Assembly (NCBI GenBank): GCA_963828125.1
Contig: CAWHDP010000001.1
Span: forward strand, 192,001 to 256,000
Length of the DNA stretch: 64,000 nucleotides
Reading direction: 5' to 3'
Origin: an uncultured Chlamydiae bacterium
GTDB lineage: Bacteria > Chlamydiota > Chlamydiia > Chlamydiales > SM23-39
This document shows, in pieces, positions 9,753-17,990 of this stretch; positions within the stretch are counted from its first letter, which is position 1; every line of letters begins with the position of its first letter. Below the pieces are notes generated by a model. The model was not told the DNA's origin. It saw nothing but the letters and a program-made list of their open reading frames with translations, and did not search any database. Both the position numbers and the translations under genes were made by a program.

Positions 9753-10669
9753 GTTGTTTTCTCCGTAATTTTAAGGAAATAGTCTTCAAGGGACGGCTCT
9801 TTAATTTGAATGCTGGCATAGGAAACGCCCGCTTGCATGACGCTATTCAAGAACGAGGGGATCTCTTTTTCATCCAAAGAGAGGGAAATCACCCGGTGTT
9901 CCACCTGATGGATCACTTTCAGTTTTTCGGCCAAAGCAATCGTCCTCTTCATCCCGTCGACGATCGTGAGTCTGAGTTGATACAGAGAGACGCTCTTCGC
10001 TAGATTTTCTGGGAGATCGTCCGCAATGATGACGCCGTTCTTTAGAAAAATGGTTCGGTCGCATAGTTCGGCGACCTCCTCCATCTTATGAGAGGTGAAG
10101 AGGATCGATAGCCCTGTCCTCTCCCTCTCTTCTAAAAGAAACTTGCACACCTCCAAGGAGACGTCCGGATCAAGAGAGGCGGTCGGCTCATCGAGAAGGA
10201 CGATCTTCGGCCCTGTGAAAAACGCCTTGACGATCATCAGCCGCGTGATCTGCCCAGCGGAGAGCGAGGAAATAGGCGCATATTTTTTGTCGAGAATGCC
10301 GAATCGCTCCAGTAGGGGATCGGCCCGTTTTTCGTAGTCCTCAATCTGGTAATAAAGGCCGAAGCACTTCAAGTTTTCCGCAATGGTCAAGATATAGGGG
10401 AGGCTTGTATAGGTGCTCGCAAATGAGACCCATTGCAGAACCTCAGACCGGCGCTTGCCAAAATCTTGGCCGAAATAAATGATTGAACCCGACGTTGGGG
10501 TCAGAGTGCCGAGGAGCATCTGGATCGTCGTCGTCTTTCCCGATCCATTGGGACCGAGAAGACCGAGAATTTCCCCCTCTTTTAATTCGAAAGAGAGCTC
10601 ATCAACGGCAGTGAACGGTTTTTTCTTGCCGTACACTTTTTTTAGTTTTTTTACACTTAAAGGAACCAC
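9749..10669 (-). CDS. ABC transporter ATP-binding protein (exporter type)
   Basis: Walker A GPNGSGKTT, signature LSAGQ, Walker B LLDEPT, H-loop TSH. Confidence 0.95.
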   Translation of the reverse strand: MVPLSVKKLKKVYGKKKPFTAVDELSFELKEGEILGLLGPNGSGKTTTIQMLLGTLTPTSGSIIYFGQDFGKRRSEVLQWVSFASTYTSLPYILTIAENLKCFGLYYQIEDYEKRADPLLERFGILDKKYAPISSLSAGQITRLMIVKAFFTGPKIVLLDEPTASLDPDVSLEVCKFLLEERERTGLSILFTSHKMEEVAELCDRTIFLKNGVIIADDLPENLAKSVSLYQLRLTIVDGMKRTIALAEKLKVIHQVEHRVISLSLDEKEIPSFLNSVMQAGVSYASIQIKEPSLEDYFLKITEKTT

Positions 10670-10738
10670 AATCGTCTCAAAATTATCAACCTATTGGAAG
10701 AGGCTGAAGGCGAAAAATAAAGGATTTAGATTTTCATG

Positions 10739-10767
10739 TTGGACTCTAAAATCTAAACCAGTATAAT
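10739..10767 (+). promoter_or_regulatory. sigma70/sigma66-type promoter
   Basis: TTGGAC-17 nt-TATAAT, 30 nt upstream of ATG 10798. Confidence 0.5.
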
Positions 10768-10797
10768 CGGGCACCGAACTCAAAGTCAACACTTTTT

Positions 10798-11604
10798 ATG
10801 AAATGGACTGATATCGAAAAGGCGTTTTCAAGGGCGATGCTCCTTTCCTTTTCAAGGAAAAAGATGATGCTCACCTTTCCCGTACTCGTTTTGTGCGGCG
10901 TCTTGGCTGTTTTTTGCAGAGCTGTCGCCTATGAAGCTGGCGACTGGATCGCCATGAGCCTTGGCTTTCTTCCCATTCTCCTCTCCTCTGGAGTCTTGCT
11001 AGCGCTGGGGGTTCTCCTCATCCGAATCCATATCCACGAGGTGAAGCATCTGCAGCTCAGTTTTCGAAGGCTGATTACCGGTTCACTCGATTTGATTATG
11101 GGAACCTCATATCTCTCGATTCCGCCGATTCTTGCCTACCTGTTTCTGTGGGTGGCCCTCGGCCTTTTTTATCTTCTCAGGGAAATTCCCGCCGTTGGCG
11201 ATTTTTTTAGCGTTGTGTTCGCCTTTGGTCCGTTTCTCCTTGTTTTTGGTTCACTCCTCCTTTGCCTGTTCAATCTGGGACTCCTCTTTTTTGTCGCTCC
11301 GGCCGCTGCCTTCCAGCCATATAAGAGACTCTCTCTTGCTAAACGGGTGTTGACCCTTTTTCAGGGCCGCATCCTCAGCAGCATCGCCCTTTTTCTCCTC
11401 GCCCTTCTTCCAATTATCTCCGTTTCGGGGCTCCTTGTTTTATCGGCTCTTCTGACGAATTCTGCGCCTGACAAACCCCTTTCGGTGGCCCTCGAATGGT
11501 TTTTTGTTATGATCCCATTCTCGGCAGTCCTAACGCCAGCCATTATCTTTTTTTTTAATTTTGCGGCTGAAAGCTATCAGTTGCTGCAGCCTAGAACTTC
11601 ATGA
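10798..11604 (+). CDS. conserved hypothetical multi-pass membrane protein
   Basis: 268 aa, about 6 hydrophobic segments, ATGA-coupled to the next gene. Confidence 0.8.
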   Translation: MKWTDIEKAFSRAMLLSFSRKKMMLTFPVLVLCGVLAVFCRAVAYEAGDWIAMSLGFLPILLSSGVLLALGVLLIRIHIHEVKHLQLSFRRLITGSLDLIMGTSYLSIPPILAYLFLWVALGLFYLLREIPAVGDFFSVVFAFGPFLLVFGSLLLCLFNLGLLFFVAPAAAFQPYKRLSLAKRVLTLFQGRILSSIALFLLALLPIISVSGLLVLSALLTNSAPDKPLSVALEWFFVMIPFSAVLTPAIIFFFNFAAESYQLLQPRTS

Positions 11605-12473
11605 AAATAGCTATTGTTGGCGCCGGCTATGCGGGAGTGGCTGTTGCTTGGCACTTATTGCGGCAGAATATGGAAGTGACCCTTTTTGATGGAGGGGAGG
11701 GAGCTTCCCACAATTCGACAGGACTGCTCCATTCGGCCCCTGGAAAGGGGGCTCTCCCCACTTGGCGTGCTGAAGAGGGGATTGCGGCGGCAGTGAAACT
11801 TCTCAATGCAGCCAGCATCGAGCGCCCTGTATACGTCAAAAACGGCATTCTCCGGATCGCTGTAAACGATGAGCAGAGAGCCCTTTTTGGGGGAGAGACC
11901 TTGTGGGTGGCTGACGGGATCACTGTCTATTCAAGGCTCTATTTGGCCGGGCTGAAAAAGGCTTGCGGTCAGGCCCATTTTGAAAAGCGATGGATTGACG
12001 ATCTAGGGGAACTTGACGCATTTGATGCGATTGTGCTGACCGTAGGATCTGGGATCTCCCATTTTCTCGACTGGCCGCTTAAAAAAACGGTGGGCCAATG
12101 CCTCATCTGCAGATGGCCTGAACCTCTGGCCTACAGCCTGCTATCGCAGGGCCACATTACCCCCACCGAGAACCCCGAATTTTGTCTGGTCGGATCCACT
12201 TACGAACACACCGAACGGCCCGATCCCAAAAAAGCCCTTGAGCTTCTCGATCGGGCGGCCCTTTTTTATCCTCCTGCCAAAAAATTCAAGATCGTTGAGA
12301 TCTGTTCTGCCGTCCGGATGGCCCCCAAAGTCGGATACCGGCCGATCGCTGCTCGCATTGGTCCTAAAATCTGGACTCTTACCGGCTTAGGATCTAGAGG
12401 ACTCATCTATCACGCTCTGCTTGCGAAGGAGTTGGTAGACGAGATGGCCGATTGTCTGGCTCATAGCGTTTGA
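11601..12473 (+). CDS. FAD-dependent oxidoreductase (DAO family)
   Basis: Rossmann motif IAIVGAGYAG, GASHNSTGLLH, C-terminal GLGSRGL. Confidence 0.9.
   Translation: MKIAIVGAGYAGVAVAWHLLRQNMEVTLFDGGEGASHNSTGLLHSAPGKGALPTWRAEEGIAAAVKLLNAASIERPVYVKNGILRIAVNDEQRALFGGETLWVADGITVYSRLYLAGLKKACGQAHFEKRWIDDLGELDAFDAIVLTVGSGISHFLDWPLKKTVGQCLICRWPEPLAYSLLSQGHITPTENPEFCLVGSTYEHTERPDPKKALELLDRAALFYPPAKKFKIVEICSAVRMAPKVGYRPIAARIGPKIWTLTGLGSRGLIYHALLAKELVDEMADCLAHSV
12445..12472 (+). repeat. direct repeat copy 1 (3' end of oxidoreductase gene); copy 2 at 14204-14231
   Basis: TGGCCGATTGTCTGGCTCATAGCGTTTG vs TGGCCGATTGTCTGGTTCATGGTTTTTG, 24/28 identical. Confidence 0.7.
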
Positions 12474-12497
12474 AGGGATATTGCAGCCCCTCCATTT

Positions 12498-12563
12498 ATA
12501 CCGCCATCAGTCAATGACTTGGATTTGGACCGCGCCAAAGCTCCTGCGGATCGATGGCGGTAT
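12498..12563. repeat. short palindromic element (MITE-like, family C)
   Basis: Perfect 11-bp terminal inverted repeat ATACCGCCATC...GATGGCGGTAT with TA at both ends. Confidence 0.6.
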
Positions 12564-12723
12564 CATTGCCTTTACCGTAAAATCCCGAAAAAGTTCCCCC
12601 CATATGCCTCTCCGCGATGCCGGATGAACCGTTTTATTATTATAGTTCCGTGCGCGTGTTTATTTAAAAGTTGTATGCAATATTTTTATATTATATAATG
12701 TAACTTTAAAATAAAGGTACAAA

Positions 12724-14169
12724 ATGAATATGTTTATTGAGATGGAGCCAAATTCTTTAAAATATTACCAAATGTCTCTTGCTGTAAGGTCTAAAGCATC
12801 AGTTTTGGAAAAAAATGGAAACAGTGTCTCCGAGGTAGCGTGCCAAGCCATTGCTTCCAACATAGATCGCTCTGCACTCCCTTGTAGCGTCCGTGGCCTC
12901 GTTCAACAAGTCGATCCAGGCAGTAGCATCACGCAAAAACTTAAAGCACAACTTTTTAAAAGAATCTCCTTAGATTGGAAACAAAAACTCATAAACATGT
13001 CTTTGGCCGGCCCTATCCCCAAAATACAATTGTTGCTAGATAGAAAAGCTCAACCAACCTCAGAGGAAATATTTTTAACAATACAGGCTGCGATCAATTT
13101 GGATATCTCTGAAGACCATTTGATTTCTCAATTCGTTCATTGGATGGTCGCTGATTTTGCAAATATACATAATTTGACATATTCAGTTGTAGATCCTAAA
13201 ACTAATCATGCACTCGATGAGTGGATAATAAAAATTGCTAAGACACAAACGGAGCTTGGGCATAAAGATATCACGGACGAGTTACGTCAAAAATTCTTCG
13301 ATCCGCAGATCTCACACATCTTCAAAATCTTTTATATTGTGGAACATGTCAATTTGGTTGTTATAAAAAACCAATTTGCTGAAAAATCAGAAATCTTTAT
13401 GGTAGGCTATCCTTTCAAAACTGGGCCTAAGAATGATCAAAGTTATATTGTTTTTCATCCGGCCATGTTGAAGGAAATTCTCGCTCTTCTGTTCCCAGAC
13501 ACATATCTCAATCCAATTCCTGTGTTAGGGCAAAGAAACATCGAGACTTTTTCAAATGATAATGAACGGATTGTCTCCTTGGTGATGAACCCCTCCCTCC
13601 CGCCCCCAAATCCAGGAAAAATATTACCGCTCCCATTTTATCTTCATGATGGAATCCATTGTATATTCGATTCATCCAATCCGTTTCGTTCTTTTTATAA
13701 TGCGTTAGGAAAGAAACTGAGAGTTGCAGCAAATAATCAAAATAATTCCTCAGAGTTAAAGTTTGCTTTAGAATTTGCCTCGGCGCAAGCAATTGATAAA
13801 ATCTCATCGCAATACTTCTATCTAAAAAATATATACCAACCATTCCCTCGCCGTGGTCTTCAATCCTTTTTGAACGAGCTCATCACGGAATCCTATTTTC
13901 AAATCGATCCAGCAACTGACCACAGTGCAATCGCAATCCATTCGAAGGACCCGAATTTTCGCAATACACTGGAAACGATAATCACGAGACAGATTATTGA
14001 CTGCATACACACGAGCAAAGGCAATGAAAGGCTTTTGGATACTTTAGCAGAAACAGACTTTTCAGAAGACGAATCATGGTACAGAGCGAGTGTAGTCCCC
14101 ATGAGGGAAATTATTCAAGCTGTCAAATCTGTAAAATCCGGTGATGCATCAATTATTCAACCTACTTGA
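12724..14169 (+). CDS. AT-rich hypothetical protein with HDxxH motif (candidate effector)
   Basis: 481-aa ORF, visibly lower GC than its neighbours, AT-rich upstream region, FYLHDGIH motif. Confidence 0.75.
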   Translation: MNMFIEMEPNSLKYYQMSLAVRSKASVLEKNGNSVSEVACQAIASNIDRSALPCSVRGLVQQVDPGSSITQKLKAQLFKRISLDWKQKLINMSLAGPIPKIQLLLDRKAQPTSEEIFLTIQAAINLDISEDHLISQFVHWMVADFANIHNLTYSVVDPKTNHALDEWIIKIAKTQTELGHKDITDELRQKFFDPQISHIFKIFYIVEHVNLVVIKNQFAEKSEIFMVGYPFKTGPKNDQSYIVFHPAMLKEILALLFPDTYLNPIPVLGQRNIETFSNDNERIVSLVMNPSLPPPNPGKILPLPFYLHDGIHCIFDSSNPFRSFYNALGKKLRVAANNQNNSSELKFALEFASAQAIDKISSQYFYLKNIYQPFPRRGLQSFLNELITESYFQIDPATDHSAIAIHSKDPNFRNTLETIITRQIIDCIHTSKGNERLLDTLAETDFSEDESWYRASVVPMREIIQAVKSVKSGDASIIQPT

Positions 14170-14203
14170 GGCGCGTCTCTATACATCATTTGTGGCCGAG
14201 CTT

Positions 14204-14231
14204 TGGCCGATTGTCTGGTTCATGGTTTTTG
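14204..14231 (+). repeat. direct repeat copy 2
   Basis: Matches 12445-12472; ends immediately next to the stop codon of the 375-aa gene. Confidence 0.7.
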
Positions 14232-15359
14232 TTAATTGTCCTTTTTTTCCAAGGAAGGAGATGGCTTCGATGCGGGTAAAGAGTCCACAGTGGATAAAAA
14301 AGCATGTAACTCTCTCCATGTATTGAATTCCGGCAGCGGCATCAATTCAACCATATGTCTCAGGCGCGAAAACTGAATGGTTCCGGTTTGTTTCAACGAA
14401 TCGTATGTGTCGGTACTAGTAGTATCGTATCCGTATGCGGCTCGAACGTCTATCTTGCGGAACCAGAGGTCATGTTGAGGTTGAACGGATGAAGGAGGGT
14501 CGAACAACTCTCCAATCTGAGTGTCTATATCTTCACAAATCGATTGAAAATCTTCCTTAGTTATCTGAGATATTTCAATGGACATTCTGAACAGATGCCC
14601 ATAGTCTTTCCTTAGAAATCGTCGTATTGGTCCATTTTTGAAAGCAGATACTATTTGCTTAGCAGCGTCTCGCCCTACCAAATGCCATGTCGGGGCTTTG
14701 TAGAAATTGATTTTGAGAGTGTCTCTCATTGATAAAATGGTATTGGGCTGGTCTCGAATAATTGTATTTAACAAATCATCCAACTCTTTCGGTCGTATAC
14801 TTGTTTCGGAGTCCACATTCGTTTCCACTAAGGCAACCATGAGCCTCAAGTGAGGGAAAACAATCGTTCCAGTTGTTGCTTGTGGATCGTAGATTGGGTT
14901 CTCATAGCTGGTATCGTATTGATATCGGGTATCGAGCGGTATTTTCGATTTTCCAAGGTGGTGTCCGATTTGAGGGGCGGGAGGCAGGTCCGATATGTCG
15001 TCGATCTTGCGCACTAATTTTTGCAAAAGCTGGTCAAAATCTTCTTTTCGAATTTCAAGGACTTTAATTTCAAAACGGAATATGTGTCCATAATCTTTCT
15101 GTAAGAATGGTCTTAGTTGCCTATTAAACGTATCCATTATTTTTTGAACCCCAGAATCCAATATGGGGGCTGAAAGCTGCGATAATTGGAATGGCGCAAA
15201 TGATAATGATAATGATGCAAATGATAATGATAATGATGCAACTGCGACATTGATGTCGAGATTTTCCCTAATTGACAAAGGACTGGCGGGTTGGTTTTCA
15301 ACAATGTTGTCTAGCATCCGTCGCGTGTCTAAGGGCTTTGCTTGTGGAATTGGGTTCAT
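14232..15359 (-). CDS. hypothetical protein with two tandem copies of an unrecognised 'DYxH...YxYxT/S...GxIxF' domain
   Basis: RPFLQKDYGHIFRFEIKVLEIRKEDF...RYQYDTS...TGTIVFPHLRLMVAL and RRFLRKDYGHLFRMSIEISQITKEDF...AYGYDTT...TGTIQFSRLRHMVEL. Confidence 0.8.
   Translation of the reverse strand: MNPIPQAKPLDTRRMLDNIVENQPASPLSIRENLDINVAVASLSLSFASLSLSFAPFQLSQLSAPILDSGVQKIMDTFNRQLRPFLQKDYGHIFRFEIKVLEIRKEDFDQLLQKLVRKIDDISDLPPAPQIGHHLGKSKIPLDTRYQYDTSYENPIYDPQATTGTIVFPHLRLMVALVETNVDSETSIRPKELDDLLNTIIRDQPNTILSMRDTLKINFYKAPTWHLVGRDAAKQIVSAFKNGPIRRFLRKDYGHLFRMSIEISQITKEDFQSICEDIDTQIGELFDPPSSVQPQHDLWFRKIDVRAAYGYDTTSTDTYDSLKQTGTIQFSRLRHMVELMPLPEFNTWRELHAFLSTVDSLPASKPSPSLEKKDN
15196..15241 (+). repeat. 21-bp in-frame tandem duplication with nested AATGAT units
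   Basis: GCAAATGATAATGATAATGAT x2 + GCAA; encodes ASLSLSF-ASLSLSF on the minus strand. Confidence 0.9.
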
Positions 15360-15411
15360 CGCTCGCTCTTTGATTCTCTTTTTTCTATTTGATTTATTTC
15401 ACTGGGGCAAG

Positions 15412-15441
15412 ATTTTACGACCCGCATGTGTATGAAGTCAA
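15412..15441 (-). promoter_or_regulatory. sigma66-type promoter of the 375-aa gene
   Basis: TTGACT-18 nt-TAAAAT; spacer nearly identical to the promoters at 17668-17696 and 18865-18893. Confidence 0.7.
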
Positions 15442-15528
15442 GCAAATACCAAACCCGAATTTTGTTGGCCGCAGTATATTCAGTTCATTTTTCAATGGAT
15501 GTAAAAACAGGAAAAGATTACGCTCTCT

Positions 15529-15689
15529 GAGCCTATTCGCAATGCGGGACAAAAAATTTGGGGGATCTTTTGGGCGCTTTTCGTCCTTTTTTTCTCGAGA
15601 ATATTCAAGAATATCCTCGCGTCAAAAATCAAGAAAATCATTCCGACGCCTCCTCCCCTCTTTTTTGTGCCGACATTGCGGATAGGCTC
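15529..15689. mobile_element. MITE family B, complete copy (161 bp)
   Basis: About 29-bp imperfect terminal inverted repeats GAGCCTATTCGCAATGCGGGACAAAAAA / TTTTTTGTGCCGACATTGCGGATAGGCTC; related copies at 17503-17642 and 18700-18839. Confidence 0.75.
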
Positions 15690-15716
15690 TTGCAATTCAA
15701 AAAAAAAGGATAATCT

Positions 15717-16688
15717 ATGAATCTTCAGCCTGTATCACCGTTTCCTGTATCGATCAGACGAGCAGAAGCCATACTGCCAGCGGAGAATCCTCAGCAAATA
15801 CCGGACAGTCCCCAACAATACCCATTCAATGTCCTGGAGATATGTCAGCTGATTCAGCAAAAACACCCGGCAAGCGCTTTATTTGCTAACGGCTGCGACT
15901 TTGTTTCGCATGAGGAGGTAATAGACGAATGGCGCTGGGAGGCGGCACCGGACGCTACGTCAAAGGTATTCGATGCGATACGAGGACAGTTTGCCTGGAT
16001 AAAACAATTCTTATGTCACAATTGGGGGAGACTGCTCATTTGGAATACTAAAGTAGGTAGTGTAACATGGCTTCTGTAAATTCAAACCGTAGGTTTGAAT
16101 TTACAGAAGCCATGTTACACTACCGAGCGATCCGGAGGCTTCATTTTTCCTCATATGAGACTGAAGGTGGAACCCCAACTATCGATGCGGGACAACATGC
16201 CGGAGGATCATGTCCCGGCCCCGTCTATCCTAGCCGTATGTAGGCAAGAGATTCGCAGCCGACAGCCCCGTAGTGCTTTGTTTGCTTCCGGCTGCTTCAC
16301 GATTGAGCAAAAAGGGCTGCTATTAGGCTTCAATTGTAATTTGAAAGATTTCGCAGTAGAGGAGATAATTAATGAGGTAATGAATACATTTAATGAAACT
16401 ATAAGACCGGTGATATCTAAAGATTGTGGAAATATGTGCAGGTACGAGATTACAGTGCGGAAAAAATCTTGCGAGGATTGGGTAAAGATCTGTGAGGGGG
16501 TGAAGAAAAAAATCGGTGAGTTATCGGACAAGCTTGCAGAGGTTTCGTATCCATACGATACGACCTGTTCCTCGACGTTTCAGTCAAAAAAGCAGTTAGG
16601 GAATTTGGTTTTTTCTTCCTTAAGACTGATGGTTGACGAGGCCCCGCCTGTGTTGTCTTCGCCGCAACTGGCAGAGGCGACGTCATAA
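15717..16688 (+). pseudogene. two-domain paralog of the unrecognised family, interrupted at about 16060-16100
   Basis: ORF 15717-16079 holds the first half of domain 1 (QKHPASALFANGC...IKQFLCHNWG). ORF 16095-16688 starts with the tail of domain 1 (GGFIFPHMRLKVE) followed by a complete domain 2 (RQPRSALFASGC...IRPVISKDCGNM...YPYDTT...GNLVFSSLRLMV). The middle of domain 1 is missing and a TAA stop intervenes. Confidence 0.7.
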
Positions 16689-16714
16689 GCCATCATGCAT
16701 GGTTATGGACGCCC

Positions 16715-16788
16715 GACATTGGCCATTTATGGGCGCTGCGCGCTTCGGATATCTGCTCAGCACCCCCGATCAATGGCCCATGTCCAGT
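16715..16788. repeat. MITE/palindromic repeat family A
   Basis: GACATTGGCCATTTAT...ATCAATGGCCCATGTC(CAGT) inverted repeat (14/16), between convergent genes. Confidence 0.7.
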
Positions 16789-16789
16789 G

Positions 16790-17410
16790 TTAGTGATCTT
16801 TTTGTTCTCCTTGCAAAGAAGGCTCCGCCGTCAAGTCCATGGTTGCCGTCAGCGCAGTCAAATCGGCCACCGACGTGGGCGCTAACTCAACTTTGTGTAG
16901 GATGAACTCAAACAAAATTTGTCCCTCGTTCGTTGTTGGATTATGGAGCACTTGGTAACTGCTAGCGTATCCATATTTGGTACTCCTGTTTATTTTATCG
17001 TCTGTAGAGTTTGGTCCTCGTGGGATCTGGGACATTTCCGATACAGAATGTTTCAACTGTGCGAACAGGCCTAGCACAGCCTCAGAAAGTTTCTTAAAAT
17101 CATCTCGAGAGATCGGATTTACTTGAATTGCCCAATGGGACATGTGTCGATAGTCTTCACATAAGTATGGTGCTATATCCCGCACAAAATATGCTATGAA
17201 CTTTTGAGCTAATTGCTTAATCTCCAAGACGTTAAGCTGTTCAGAGGAAGGGGATGAATTATTGAACGTCAAGACATCAGTACGGAAAGAGATCTGTTCT
17301 CGTGCGTTCTTCAAAGGATGGTGAGGGAGGCACTCTTCAATGGCCCCTTCTGCCCAGCTTAGAGCGCGGTGGCTATCAAACAGGGGCTGGTTGCTTGTCG
17401 TTTTGTTCAT
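16790..17410 (-). CDS. hypothetical protein, single-domain member of the unrecognised family (copy A)
   Basis: 206 aa; IAPYLCEDYRHMSHWAIQVNPISRDDF...KYGYASS...EGQILFEFILHKVEL. Confidence 0.85.
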   Translation of the reverse strand: MNKTTSNQPLFDSHRALSWAEGAIEECLPHHPLKNAREQISFRTDVLTFNNSSPSSEQLNVLEIKQLAQKFIAYFVRDIAPYLCEDYRHMSHWAIQVNPISRDDFKKLSEAVLGLFAQLKHSVSEMSQIPRGPNSTDDKINRSTKYGYASSYQVLHNPTTNEGQILFEFILHKVELAPTSVADLTALTATMDLTAEPSLQGEQKDH

Positions 17411-17502
17411 ATCTTACCAATTTACGTAGTGGACGGTGTTTAATTTTTTTTGTTTTCTACGGGGTTATTCATTGCTGAATTGGCTGGCTCCAATTCAACC
17501 AT

Positions 17503-17642
17503 GAGTCTCATGCGAGAAAAAACAAGGGCGCTTTTCGTCCTTTTTTCTTCGAGAAGATTCAAGAATATTCTCTCGTCAAAAATCAAGAAAATCATCCCGA
17601 AACCCCCTCCCATCTTTTTCTCCCGACATTGCGGATTGGCTC
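17503..17642. mobile_element. MITE family B, degenerate copy in the 5' leader of copy A
   Basis: About 117-nt block closely matching 15572-15689; right arm retained, left arm eroded. Confidence 0.7.
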
Positions 17643-17667
17643 GCGTACCGTTAAAGATGTGGAGAAA

Positions 17668-17696
17668 ATTCTACGACTCGCATGTGTATAAGTCAA
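17668..17696 (-). promoter_or_regulatory. sigma66-type promoter for copy A (duplicated at 18865-18893 for copy B)
   Basis: TTGACT-17 nt-TAGAAT on the minus strand. Confidence 0.7.
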
Positions 17697-17750
17697 GCGA
17701 ACACTTATCGAATTGCAATTTCAGCGCGCATCGGATATGATCGCTCCGTT

Positions 17751-17990
17751 ATGATAGGGACATTTTTATTTTTGGGCACTGGCGCATCGGCGGGCGTCCC
17801 GATCATCGGCTGCAAGTGTGCTGTTTGCATCTCCACTTCGCGAAAAAACAAGCGTTTCCGCCCCTCGGGGTTGATTCAGCTCGAAGGGAAATCGATCTTG
17901 ATCGACATCGGTATTGGCCATTTATGGGCGCTGCGCGCTTCGGATATCTGCTCAGCACCCCCGATAAATGGCCCATGTCCAGTGTGTTAG
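17751..17990 (+). pseudogene. truncated duplicate of the MBL-fold hydrolase 5' end (54 codons), reading through into repeat family A
   Basis: 17751-17911 matches 18948-19108 (1 mismatch), then breaks at IDIG, before the THTHYDH metal motif. Confidence 0.9.
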
